Shown here piece after piece: positions 9,369 to 19,077 of a stretch of 64,000 bases of DNA. The DNA is taken from contig CAXXKJ010000002.1 of NCBI GenBank assembly GCA_963675295.2, positions 4,384,001-4,448,000 of the forward strand, written 5' to 3'. The notes beneath the pieces are model-generated. The model searched no databases, had not been told where the DNA came from, and saw nothing but the letters and a program-made list of their open reading frames with translations. The translations under genes and the position numbers were made by a program. The DNA comes from a bacterium. GTDB lineage: Bacteria > Electryoneota > Electryoneia > Electryoneales > Electryoneaceae. The first letter of the stretch is position 1. The number at the start of each line of letters is the position of its first letter.

Positions 9369-10277
9369 TTATTCCGTATATCTCCCTGGCACACCAGTTA
9401 AAATACTATCGAAATCAACTGCAGTTTCGTCATCCTTGAAAAGAGTATCCTCTAAGTTCAACGCATATGTTCCGATTTCTACCAATCTGTATAGCTTATT
9501 AAACGATTTATAATATACTCCCAAATTTTTATTAATAGTTATGTTTTGTATTGTTCGATCATATTCATTTAACATTGCGGCTTCATAGGCGCTTATCAAA
9601 CGATCATGTAACCTTTTCTCGTTATATTCCATTATAAATAACATTTTTTCACTAGTTAAAACAACAATAGAATCTACATATAATATTAGATTTTCTTCCT
9701 GTATGTTAATGCTATCTGAATTTATATCTGGGAGACTAAGAGCGTACTCTGCAATCTTCATAATTCTGTAATCACAATTATTATTACAACTATACTCTAT
9801 TACCTTGCTGAGTCTACTCTCCAAGTCTTTTATTCTACGATTTGCATATTCTTTTATTATCCATTCTTCATAATGTGTAATTAAATTATTTTTTTGTCTA
9901 ATATTAGCGTTTAATATTAGCTTACGTAGACCTCTCTTGGCAACAAGCTTCCTTACATCAATGCTATCATATTTATACGTCACTATTAGACAATCAAGTA
10001 TATCATTATTCATAAGTGAGTCTTCTTTATCTATAAATTCCTTCTCCAAATCCATAATTTCACGTTTTCTACTCGATATGTGGTCACTAGATAAATAATA
10101 CCACATATATATCCCCCCAAAAAGAAACATTATAAATAATATTCCTTTAAATATTTGTATAGTCTTGCCATCACCATCATTGCTTGAAAAAATACTACCC
10201 AAAATAAGTATAAATAGTAGGAAATATGCTGCCTGCTCTACCCAACCAGCAGAAACTAACAATACAATACTGATCAT
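9369..10277 (-). CDS. Hypothetical membrane-anchored protein (AT-rich island)
   Basis: Long ORF in AT-rich DNA. RBS gaggagg before ATG 10277. N-terminal TM helices. Confidence 0.65.
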   Translation of the reverse strand: MISIVLLVSAGWVEQAAYFLLFILILGSIFSSNDGDGKTIQIFKGILFIMFLFGGIYMWYYLSSDHISSRKREIMDLEKEFIDKEDSLMNNDILDCLIVTYKYDSIDVRKLVAKRGLRKLILNANIRQKNNLITHYEEWIIKEYANRRIKDLESRLSKVIEYSCNNNCDYRIMKIAEYALSLPDINSDSINIQEENLILYVDSIVVLTSEKMLFIMEYNEKRLHDRLISAYEAAMLNEYDRTIQNITINKNLGVYYKSFNKLYRLVEIGTYALNLEDTLFKDDETAVDFDSILTGVPGRYTE

Positions 10278-10302
10278 GTGAAACTCCTCCTCATCATCAG
10301 CT

Positions 10303-10827
10303 CTATAGACCAAGCAGGAAATTTCCAAAACGGTCACTACTTTCGGTTAATCTGTACATTAACTCAATGAATGGAGGATAATTATCAATTTCTTCTGGAT
10401 AATTTTTTATTAACCAAATAACATTATCAATATTTTGAATATTAATAGCCTCTATAAACATTTTATCTATCCATTCTGATTTTTTATTATTTGGAATACT
10501 ATTAATATGAACATTACGTTGATGAAAATACCATGTATCGCCACTGGATTCTAACATATCATCTACTATATCATTCCAAGCATCATCAAAACTATAAAGA
10601 ACTCTAGTTGCAAAATAGTATACGTGCATAGCATTATCATTAAATATAAAATCCAAATGATTTATTTGTTTCAATTCATTATAGTATTTCTGCAGGTTTG
10701 CTGATGCCATTGATTCAAGAGCTGAGAACAATTCAGCATCACCACATTTTGCACACCATCCAGCTCCACAGTGGTCACGTTCCGCCCACTTTAAGAGAAA
10801 CGATTTTAGTCTATTCTCCTCTTCCAT
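10303..10827 (-). CDS. Hypothetical protein (AT-rich island)
   Basis: RBS gaggtg before ATG. N-terminal CGAGWCAKC Cys cluster. Confidence 0.65.
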   Translation of the reverse strand: MEEENRLKSFLLKWAERDHCGAGWCAKCGDAELFSALESMASANLQKYYNELKQINHLDFIFNDNAMHVYYFATRVLYSFDDAWNDIVDDMLESSGDTWYFHQRNVHINSIPNNKKSEWIDKMFIEAINIQNIDNVIWLIKNYPEEIDNYPPFIELMYRLTESSDRFGNFLLGL

Positions 10828-10846
10828 AGCTCACCTCAGAAGCACA

Positions 10847-10873
10847 ATCCCCACCCCAGATTGAGGTGGGGAT
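10847..10873 (-). terminator. Hairpin downstream of thiolase
   Basis: atccccacc-N9-ggtggggat inverted repeat 15 nt after the stop codon. Confidence 0.55.
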
Positions 10874-10888
10874 AGAGAACTCATCTGA

Positions 10889-12064
10889 CTACACCATCTC
10901 GACTGCCAATGCTGTTGCTTCGCCGCCACCGTTGCAGAGGGAGGCGATACCGCGCTTCTTGCCTTCCTGCTTCAGGGTGTGGAGCAGGGTGACGAGGATA
11001 CGCGCACCAGACGCCCCGATCGGGTGGCCCAACGCGACCGCGCCGCCGCGCACGTTGACATTGCTGCCGTCCAGCCCGAGCTCGTGGTTGTTGTACAGGG
11101 AAACGACCGCGAACGCTTCGTTGATCTCGAAGAAGTCTACGTCCTTGATGTCCCAGTTGATCTTCTTGAGCAGCTTCTTGATCGCGCCCTGCGGAGCGGT
11201 GGTGAAGTATTCCGGCTTCTGGGAATGGGTTGCCCAGCCGACGATCCGTGCGAGCGGGGTCTTGCCGTTGGCGGCGGCCCAGTCGGGATCGGCGACAATC
11301 AGCGCGGCGGCGCCGTCATTGATCGACGAAGCGTTTGCGGCGGTGACGGTACCTTCCTTGGTGAACGCTGGCCGCAGGCTCGGGATCTTGTCCGGACGGC
11401 CGCGTCCCGGTTCCTCATCCTTGTCAATGATGATGTCGCCCTTTTTGTGCGGGATGGTCACCGGCACAATTTCTTCCTTGAAGTGACCGGCTTCAATCGA
11501 ATCCATCGCACGCTTGTACGATTCAATCGTGAACTCGTCCTGCTGTTCACGGGTGATCTTGTTTTCGGAGGCGCACAGTTCGGCGCACATGCCCATGTGC
11601 TGATTCGTGTATGGATCCCAGAGGCCGTCGTGGACCATCAGGTCGACGACATCGCCGTGACCGTAGCGGTAGCCGGTGCGGGCGTTCGGCAGCATGTACG
11701 GGACACGGGTCATGTTTTCCATCCCGCCCGCGGCCATGACCTGGTTCTCGCCGAGCATGATCGAGCCAGCGGCTTCCATCACCGCCTTGAGACCGGAGGA
11801 GCAGACCTTGTTCAGCGTCCACGCCGACTTGTCGTCGGGGATGCCGGCCTTCTTGGCGGCCTGACGTGCCGGGGCCTGGCCCACGCCGGCCTGCAGCACC
11901 ATGCCCATGATGACTTCGTCCACCTGGTCGGGGTTGATCGCGGCCTTGGTCATCGCGCTCATCAGCGCCGCGCCGCCGAGTTGTACCGCCGGGATGTTCG
12001 CGAACGCGCCCTGGAAGGAACCGATCGCCGTACGAGTTGCGGAAAGGATCACCGCGTCTTTCAT
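10889..12064 (-). CDS. Acetyl-CoA C-acetyltransferase (thiolase)
   Basis: NKVCSSG, NASSINDGAA, EINEAFA, GHPIGASG, LCNGGG. Confidence 0.95.
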   Translation of the reverse strand: MKDAVILSATRTAIGSFQGAFANIPAVQLGGAALMSAMTKAAINPDQVDEVIMGMVLQAGVGQAPARQAAKKAGIPDDKSAWTLNKVCSSGLKAVMEAAGSIMLGENQVMAAGGMENMTRVPYMLPNARTGYRYGHGDVVDLMVHDGLWDPYTNQHMGMCAELCASENKITREQQDEFTIESYKRAMDSIEAGHFKEEIVPVTIPHKKGDIIIDKDEEPGRGRPDKIPSLRPAFTKEGTVTAANASSINDGAAALIVADPDWAAANGKTPLARIVGWATHSQKPEYFTTAPQGAIKKLLKKINWDIKDVDFFEINEAFAVVSLYNNHELGLDGSNVNVRGGAVALGHPIGASGARILVTLLHTLKQEGKKRGIASLCNGGGEATALAVEMV

Positions 12065-12377
12065 GGATCACTCCTGGTTGGATGGAATTATGGTCTATGC
12101 TCTATCGCTTATGGTCTGTGGTTCTTGGTCTCAAGTCTCTCGTCAGTCGTTCTGGCTGTGGGCTATGAGCAGTCTTTTACCACGGACTTAAGTCCGTGGT
12201 AAGCTGTATAATCCCAGCACCCATTACCCGGCGACCGACGAAACGCATTTCCGCCTTCACGTTGACGCCTTTTTTTCGTCAGCGGTCTTTGCCGAAAGAC
12301 AAGAGACCAGAGACGAAAGACCGCCATGTTCAATGTATTCACAAGTCCAGGGACAGTTCCGCGCCTGCCTCCGGTGC

Positions 12378-13298
12378 TCAATAATACACTTCGGTGTGGA
12401 TGGTGCCGGCGGGATCCTGCCAGCGTGGGACGAGGCCGTGTGGCATCAATTCCCCCTCGACCGCCGCGATCATCGTGGCGTTCCCACAGAGATACGCATG
12501 GCATCGGGAAAGATCAAGTTCCGGGCGCTCGAAGTCCCCGGTTTTTCTCAGGATGGCTCGCACAACCTCGGTCACCCGTCCCCGTTGCCCATTCCAGCTG
12601 GACGCTTCCGGTTCACGGGACAGGGTCGGGATGTAGGTAACGCGGAATCGTGGGTCGGAGGCGACCTGTTCAATCTCCTCACGGCAGGCGAGCAACGCTT
12701 CGTGCCGGGTGCCGTGGATCAGCACCAGTTGCCGCCAAGGCACATCCACGTGCCCGTGTCCGCTTGCGGACGCGGATTCGATCCCCTCGCCCGTTGCGGC
12801 CACACGGCTGAAGTTTTCGAGAATCGACATGAACGGCGCGAGGCCGGTACCGGTGGCGACGAACAGGATGTCGGGTTTCTCCTCGCCGGATTCATCAACA
12901 CAGTGGAGATCATGGGCGTGGGAATACACCGTGTTGATCGCGTCGAGGGTGAAATGTCCGCGTGCTTCGGGGTCGACATACAGCCGGTCGCCGGGCTGAA
13001 GTTCCCACAGCCAGCGGGTGAGTTGGCCTTCCTCGACCTTGTTGAAGAAGAACTTCAGCGTCTCGCCGCCGGGGGCGGAACAGATCGAGTAGGCGCGCCG
13101 CACGACGCCGTCCTTGACAAACTCATCCCCGGACGGTCCCCGGTTGCCGGCGCCAGCTTTCGGCAGGCCCATCTCGGTCCACTGGCCGGCGGTAAACTGG
13201 ACAGGGGTGTCCGGCCGCACGGTGAACACCGTGTGGGACTTGTCCAGGTCACGCCGCTGAACCAGCGTGGCGTTACGAACGTCGTCTGTGGGCGACAT
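12378..13298 (-). CDS. Ferredoxin(flavodoxin)-NADP+ reductase family protein 1
   Basis: FTAGQW, RRAYSICS, ATGTGLAPF, YLCGN, C-terminal EVYY. Confidence 0.85.
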   Translation of the reverse strand: MSPTDDVRNATLVQRRDLDKSHTVFTVRPDTPVQFTAGQWTEMGLPKAGAGNRGPSGDEFVKDGVVRRAYSICSAPGGETLKFFFNKVEEGQLTRWLWELQPGDRLYVDPEARGHFTLDAINTVYSHAHDLHCVDESGEEKPDILFVATGTGLAPFMSILENFSRVAATGEGIESASASGHGHVDVPWRQLVLIHGTRHEALLACREEIEQVASDPRFRVTYIPTLSREPEASSWNGQRGRVTEVVRAILRKTGDFERPELDLSRCHAYLCGNATMIAAVEGELMPHGLVPRWQDPAGTIHTEVYY

Positions 13299-13453
13299 CG
13301 GGCGAACTCAGGAAATTGGTTCCGGGGGACAGAGTCAAGATACGAATGTGGCGCTGATTCGCCTCAACTGAGAAGCGGGGTTGTGTGGCTCGTGATGGCA
13401 GTGTCCGGGCTGCAGACTGCGGGCTACGGTCGGTGAGTGATGGACACTGGGGT

Positions 13454-13580
13454 GTCATGCTGAATGGAACGAAGAGGAATAAAGCGTCTGGTCAACGAAC
13501 AATCCACCGCCAGTCACATCCGGGAAACGTCTCCGGTCACTTTCGCCAGACCCTTCCGGCTGCGCCGTCAGGGTGACACA
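13454..13580. repeat. Long imperfect inverted-repeat element (gtcat..gaa(c/t)ggaacgaagag ... ccgtcag..tgac family)
   Basis: A second copy with the same ends lies at ~33973-34098. Confidence 0.55.
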
Positions 13581-13610
13581 CACTCACTGGCTGATCAACA
13601 CAAAGCACCG

Positions 13611-14759
13611 TCAGGGTGCCACATGCTCGGCCATTTTCTCCACACGTTCGACACCCATCTCCGCCATATCATCGAAGAAGCGGTCCGGCTGCGGCAGCAT
13701 CGCCATGTAGTGCACGCCGCGTTGCCGGATGCGTCCGTCCAGCAGCTGCTTGATGTACGCCACCACCGGAATCGCGGTGAAGTCGTAGGCGTCGTCGTGA
13801 CGGATGGCGAAGTGAATCGACTTGCGCCCCTTGCCGATCGGCCCGGCGGCGTCGATCTGCAGCACGGTGCCGAACGGCGGCTTCGGGAAACGTTGCGTGC
13901 TCCACGCCAGCAGATTACCCCATTTATGGTCGGGGATCTGCGGCAGCAGCTTGATCCCGGCGAACAGCAACGGGCCAATCACATAATTGGTGACCGGATT
14001 GAAGCCGCCGATGAGAAAGCTGAGCTCACGCAGGCTGGGGATGGATTCCGGCAGGTAGAGGATCTCGTGCAGGTCCATAGGAGAAACGTATTGCGTGCCG
14101 ACACCGAAGGGGAACTGAACCTTGGCGTACGCGTCGCTGGACGTCAACTTGATCGTCTCCCAGTCACCGTTACGAAACAGCTTCGGGTGATAATCACGCA
14201 GCAGATCGAGCAGTTCCGGCGCGCCGCTGCTGGCGGGCAGACCGGCTTCCGGGTTGAGCCATCCGGACACCCGCGCACGGTCGATCTTCTTGATGCGTTT
14301 TTGTGCCCAACGGACCATCGCGGCGGGGACACCGGGGTGAAAACCGCCCTGAGTCGCGAATGTCAGGTGCGCGGCGGTGATGGCGTCATTGTGCGACGCG
14401 ACAGTGTTGTGTGCGGAAATCGGGAGCTGGATGTCCACCCAGTGGGTTTTGGTTTCGATGCAGGCGGTGATCAGCGTGTGCAGGGTGGTGGAATTCAAGG
14501 CAGGTCCGGCCTGGACAAACACGCGTGCGCCTTTCAGCACCGGCCGCACGGTATCGGGTGTGATCTCGCCCAATTCGACGGCGTCGACACGGTCGCCGTC
14601 GTGCACGTCGTTGAGCAGTACCATCAGCTCTTCGGCGCGTCGCAGGGACCGGCTGGCGACGGTGATGGTGACATCAGTGTGGTTGAGCAGGTAGTGGCAG
14701 ATCGCGCGTCCGGCATGACCCGTCGCGCCGAACACAAACACTCGTTTCGGTTTCATCAC
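13611..14759 (-). CDS. Saccharopine dehydrogenase-like NAD(P)-dependent oxidoreductase
   Basis: FGATGHAG, VQAGP, GGFHPGVP, YDFTAIPV. Confidence 0.78.
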   Translation of the reverse strand: MMKPKRVFVFGATGHAGRAICHYLLNHTDVTITVASRSLRRAEELMVLLNDVHDGDRVDAVELGEITPDTVRPVLKGARVFVQAGPALNSTTLHTLITACIETKTHWVDIQLPISAHNTVASHNDAITAAHLTFATQGGFHPGVPAAMVRWAQKRIKKIDRARVSGWLNPEAGLPASSGAPELLDLLRDYHPKLFRNGDWETIKLTSSDAYAKVQFPFGVGTQYVSPMDLHEILYLPESIPSLRELSFLIGGFNPVTNYVIGPLLFAGIKLLPQIPDHKWGNLLAWSTQRFPKPPFGTVLQIDAAGPIGKGRKSIHFAIRHDDAYDFTAIPVVAYIKQLLDGRIRQRGVHYMAMLPQPDRFFDDMAEMGVERVEKMAEHVAP

Positions 14760-14858
14760 AGTCCCCCCTGTGGTGACGGAAGATACGACGGGAACGTCTC
14801 ACGTCTCTGGTCGGTCGTCTCTCGTCACGGATTCAGCGGAGCGGAAGGAAACGGCTTG

Positions 14859-16385
14859 TCATGGCTGGAGCTTGGTGAAGGTAAATGATCCCAGCCCCAT
14901 ATTCCGGCTGCCATTCGGTCCGCCGGGCGGGACTGTTGGTGGTGCAACACCGACGTGCAGCTCAAACGTGTACTCCCCCGGCGGTGCGGCTGCGGGGATA
15001 TCCAGCGGGACATTAGGACGGTAGAACGTTCCGCCCGGTTGCATGGTAACGGCAATCTGTTGCAGCGGATACGTATTTCCAGCTGGTGTGATGACCGTCG
15101 CCCAGACGTCGAGCGGCGTTGGATCGAGGAGGATGTTGCTGACATAGGCGCGGTAGTGCATCCTCCGGCCTTGTGGCGGAACGATCTGCACGTACGGATC
15201 GAGCAACACCTCTATTTCTGGCTCCCACTTCATCAATGCCAGATTCTGAGAGTTTTGGCCGAGATTCTCCCGTGGATACCAGGAAGCGATCATTGAACCA
15301 TCGCGTCCAAGATCAATTGAAGAGATGTCACCACCGAAAACATCGCTCATCCAGAGTAATTCACCTTCAGTGGATATCTTCAGCAACCAATTATGAACAT
15401 GGTGTTCACCATCTTCGGAATAGCCTCCGACAATGATATTGTCATCTGCCGCGAAGCAGAGTTCGATAGCTTCATCAAAACCATCAGTGGTTCCATTCGG
15501 GTTTGCGAATGTAACGGCCCAGATTACGGATCCATCTGGATTTCGTTTCGAAAGGTAAAAATCATAGTATGTTTCAAGGTTACGCAAAGATCCACAGCTA
15601 TACAGGTATCCATCTGCAGCCTCACGGATAGCCCGTGAACGACCTTCCACAGGTTCACCGGGCCTCATTTCGTCATTTGTCCACTCAACATCACCATTGG
15701 CATCCAGTTTATAGAAAACAGGGACGCGCTGTTCAATATCAGCATTCCAGTGGTCGGAACAGGTGACAAATCCGCCATCCGCCAAAGGTTCGATCCATTG
15801 GGGTTTGTACATTGAATCCTCGTCCGTCCATTGCCACATGAAATTCCCGTCCTCGTCGAAACGGAACGCGGTTCCGTTTGCGGAATAGCCAACTGCGATG
15901 TACCCCCCAGCCGGAACTTCGCGGACACAATAGAACAGTTCGCCGATGATCCAGCCAGGAATAACTGTCCGCCACTCTTCATTACCATCAGCGTCGAGTT
16001 TGCGGATGTAGGGATCGAATCCATTTCCCCAGACCTCGCCGCACTGAATGAACCCACCGTCGCTGGTTGGCTCGATGTAGTGCGCGCCATCAGTGGAAGG
16101 TGATCCCTCGATATGCAGCCAGATCTCATCGCCGCTCTGATCAAGTCGGGCAGTCCAATACTGAATATTCTCTCCGTAATAATCGACTGATCCTGTGGCG
16201 ATGTAACCTCCATCCGGCAAGGCGCGGACAGCTTCCATGTACTCGTAGTCTGATCCATAATCCCAAGTCTTTGTCCACAGCGTGTCGGGAGGTTGGGCGA
16301 TGGCGGTGGATATGATCAGCAGGGGGAGAGCGATCAGGGCGAGTGTGAGGAAACGGCGTGTCCGGGTCGGAAATTGGCGTGTCAT
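14859..16385 (-). CDS. Secreted beta-propeller-repeat protein with C-terminal Ig-like domain
   Basis: Signal peptide ending AIA-QPPDTLW. Repeated DGG(Y/F)I..G and KLDA.G...W units. C-terminal DVWA..TPAG...PAAAPPGEY...FTFTKL. Confidence 0.78.
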   Translation of the reverse strand: MTRQFPTRTRRFLTLALIALPLLIISTAIAQPPDTLWTKTWDYGSDYEYMEAVRALPDGGYIATGSVDYYGENIQYWTARLDQSGDEIWLHIEGSPSTDGAHYIEPTSDGGFIQCGEVWGNGFDPYIRKLDADGNEEWRTVIPGWIIGELFYCVREVPAGGYIAVGYSANGTAFRFDEDGNFMWQWTDEDSMYKPQWIEPLADGGFVTCSDHWNADIEQRVPVFYKLDANGDVEWTNDEMRPGEPVEGRSRAIREAADGYLYSCGSLRNLETYYDFYLSKRNPDGSVIWAVTFANPNGTTDGFDEAIELCFAADDNIIVGGYSEDGEHHVHNWLLKISTEGELLWMSDVFGGDISSIDLGRDGSMIASWYPRENLGQNSQNLALMKWEPEIEVLLDPYVQIVPPQGRRMHYRAYVSNILLDPTPLDVWATVITPAGNTYPLQQIAVTMQPGGTFYRPNVPLDIPAAAPPGEYTFELHVGVAPPTVPPGGPNGSRNMGLGSFTFTKLQP

Positions 16386-16784
16386 TGGACACCTCGGTGG
16401 ATTCGAGAGATATGGCAATATACGATGGGAGGATGGACAATTTGATGCCCGCGGAAGGTTTCCTGCCGCGGATTGATGGAGGGTGGATAACCCGCGGTAG
16501 CGAACAGAAGCTCCCGCGGGCATCGGGGATAGGCAGGCGTCAGGCGGGTATCGCGGTGCCAAAATGATTCGGAGACAGCTGTGCTTCCGCAGCACTGTCA
16601 TCCGGAGTTCTGACCGGCGGATGATCCCGACGAGCTTTTCTGCAGTCGGGGCACATGACTATCCCAGAGCAACACGGCCGCGTTTGCATCTTCTGCAACA
16701 CGACCACACTCTCTGTCGTCCGCAGCCCGTAGCCCGTAGCCCGTAGCCCGCAGTCTCAGGACTCACGACTCAGGACTGGTTTTC

Positions 16785-17822
16785 TTACCAATAACTCTCG
16801 AAATGGAAATTGCCGGGGGTATTCGTCGTGTGGCGGGTGAAGCCCTGCGCCTCGAACATCTCGCGCAAGCTCTGGATCATCTCCGGGTTGCCGCAGAGGT
16901 AGATGTGCGTGTCCTCGGGACGGATGCTGCGTCCGTTGGTCAGTTCGGCGTAACGATCCGGTTCGAGCAACGGTTGCAGACGGCCAACGTGGCCGGTCCA
17001 GCCCGCTTCCGGGCGGGGACGGGTGACTGTCGGGATGTAGGTGAACCGGAAGCCGTCGAGGGCGGCGAGGGCGGCGAGTTCGTCCCGGTAGGCCAGGTCC
17101 TCGGCGTGCCGCACGCTGTGCAGCAGGGTTGCGGACGCCCACGACGGATCACTGCCCTCGCTGTCACGCAGCATGCTCATGTACGGCGCGAGGCCGGTGC
17201 CGGTGGCGATGAAGATCAGGTGCGGATGGAAGGTTGGCCAGTCGTGGGTAAAACTGGATGTGCCCGTGTCCGCTTGCGGACGCGGATGATCCACATCATG
17301 AATGTCGTGGGCATGTTCACTATCAACAGTACTCGATGTGCCCGTGTCCGCTTGCGGACGCGGACGATCCACATCATGAGTGTCGTGGGCATGTGCTGAT
17401 GTGCCCGTGTCACGTACACCTGTGGTGTCTTCGAGGGCGGCGGCGAGGGTGAATCGTCCCCGGACACGCGGGTTGACATGCACACGTGCGCCTTCGTCCA
17501 AGCGCCACAACTGCGGCGTAAACTCACCACGCGGCACCAGATTGAGTAGCAGTTCGAATCGATCTCGCCGTTTCGGTGAGCTGGCGATCGAGTAGGAACG
17601 GCGGATCAGTTCGTTCTGCACGAAGCGGGTGCTGTCGAGTTGCACGGACTGGTGCAGCGTCGACCGGGTCTGCAGCGCGATATCGATGTACTGCCCGGCC
17701 TCGAACGGCGGCAGCTCCCAGCCATTGAGGGCGATGGTGAGCGACGTGAGGCCGTCGTTGAGGTCGCGGCGTTGCACGATGGTCCCATTCAGCGGGAGGC
17801 CGGAGGTGTTCGGGCCGCGCAT
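16785..17822 (-). CDS. Ferredoxin(flavodoxin)-NADP+ reductase family protein 2 with repeat-expanded linker
   Basis: FEAGQY, RRSYSIAS, ATGTGLAPY, YLCGNPEMI, C-terminal ESYW. Internal tandem HAHD.HDVD.PRPQADTGTSS. Confidence 0.85.
   Translation of the reverse strand: MRGPNTSGLPLNGTIVQRRDLNDGLTSLTIALNGWELPPFEAGQYIDIALQTRSTLHQSVQLDSTRFVQNELIRRSYSIASSPKRRDRFELLLNLVPRGEFTPQLWRLDEGARVHVNPRVRGRFTLAAALEDTTGVRDTGTSAHAHDTHDVDRPRPQADTGTSSTVDSEHAHDIHDVDHPRPQADTGTSSFTHDWPTFHPHLIFIATGTGLAPYMSMLRDSEGSDPSWASATLLHSVRHAEDLAYRDELAALAALDGFRFTYIPTVTRPRPEAGWTGHVGRLQPLLEPDRYAELTNGRSIRPEDTHIYLCGNPEMIQSLREMFEAQGFTRHTTNTPGNFHFESYW
17257..17411. repeat. Intragenic tandem repeat containing a palindrome (78-bp period, two copies plus a partial third)
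   Basis: gtgcccgtgtccgcttgcggacgcgga at 17260 and 17338, partial at 17401. An identical 28-mer lies at 12750-12777. Confidence 0.88.
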
Positions 17823-17959
17823 GCTGTCACGGTTGACCGATGAAAACGACGATGGTTGGTAGTTGATCGGCATAAGGCTCACAGCAAAGACAAAGCGGGG
17901 ACACCCGCGCAATCGCGGACATGCCCCCTGGAATCAACGAATGAGTTGTGTCGTCCGGC

Positions 17960-18835
17960 TTACTTGACCGGAGTGTAATCGTTGCCGTCCATGTCGAACG
18001 GTTCGAGGTTGTGCCGGCCCTTCTCGTTGACGACGAGGTGCCCGACCTTTTCCGCCTTGCGGGCGCTGTGTTCAAACACCATCAGCCACCCCTTTTCCGC
18101 CGCTTCCTTCATGTGCGGCTGCTTGTACTTCATGGTCTGCTCGGGGTAGAGATCGTACGCCATCACGAACGGCGCCGGCAGATGGCTCGCAGTCGGGATC
18201 AGGTCGCCGTTGTGGACAGCGGTGAAGCCGTTGGATTCGACGAACACGACCTGGTGAAACTCGGTGTGGCCGCCGGTGATGCGCACCGAGATGCCGGGCA
18301 GAATTTCCTGGTCGCCGTCAATCAGCTGCAACTGGCCGGATTCAGACAGCGGGTTGAGGTTTTCCGGCTTGTAGCTGCGGCGGTCGCGCAGGTTCGGGTT
18401 GTTCGCGACTTCCCACTCGCCGCGTTGGGCGTAGTAGGTGGCGTTCGGGAACTGCGTCTTGAGCTGGCCGTCGTTGTCAATGTAGGTCCCCCCGCCCGCG
18501 TGATCGAAATGCAGGTGGGTGTAGATGACATGGGTGATGTCTTCCTTCATCAGGTCAACGCGTGCGAGGTCGGTGATCAGGGTGCGCGGCTCGTCCACGG
18601 CGAACATGTCGCGTTCCTTGTCGCTCCATTTTCCGCCGCAGCCGGTGTCGATGAGCACGTTCGCGTCGCCGGTTTTCACCAGCAGGGTGTTGCAGGCGAG
18701 CGCGATCCGGTTCTGGTCGTCCGGCGGATCAGACTTGGCCCACATGACGCGTGGGACGACGCCGAACATCGCGCCACCATCGAGACGGAATCCCCCATCC
18801 TCAATCAAAAACAGCTCTTTATCCCCGAATTTCAT
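17960..18835 (-). CDS. MBL-fold metallo-hydrolase (YtnP-like)
   Basis: DGGAMFGVVP, LIDTG, THLHFDHAGG, GHTEFHQ, GDLIPT, FEH. Confidence 0.9.
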   Translation of the reverse strand: MKFGDKELFLIEDGGFRLDGGAMFGVVPRVMWAKSDPPDDQNRIALACNTLLVKTGDANVLIDTGCGGKWSDKERDMFAVDEPRTLITDLARVDLMKEDITHVIYTHLHFDHAGGGTYIDNDGQLKTQFPNATYYAQRGEWEVANNPNLRDRRSYKPENLNPLSESGQLQLIDGDQEILPGISVRITGGHTEFHQVVFVESNGFTAVHNGDLIPTASHLPAPFVMAYDLYPEQTMKYKQPHMKEAAEKGWLMVFEHSARKAEKVGHLVVNEKGRHNLEPFDMDGNDYTPVK

Positions 18836-19077
18836 CGGTTCCTCGTGCAAAAGTTGGGCTTGTCGAACAATGGGTGACAAGTAAGTGGTTATGCGGGTTG
18901 GATGCCAGAGACGGCGAGGAGTTTCGCCTCTCAACGGTGTGTACAGAACTCGAACACTGGACACGCACGGAATTTGCATGTATATCTGGAGAGCAAACAG
19001 TAACGTGGGCGCGCATTTAGCCGTCCATTGGTTGTACCATCCGGGCGTATCGGATGGATTTGCATGAGGTAAGCTGC

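Noticed and set aside
3411-10840. Possible integron cassette array
   Set aside because: No integrase, and no recurring attC-like RYYYAAC...GTTRRRY sites were recognised between the genes.
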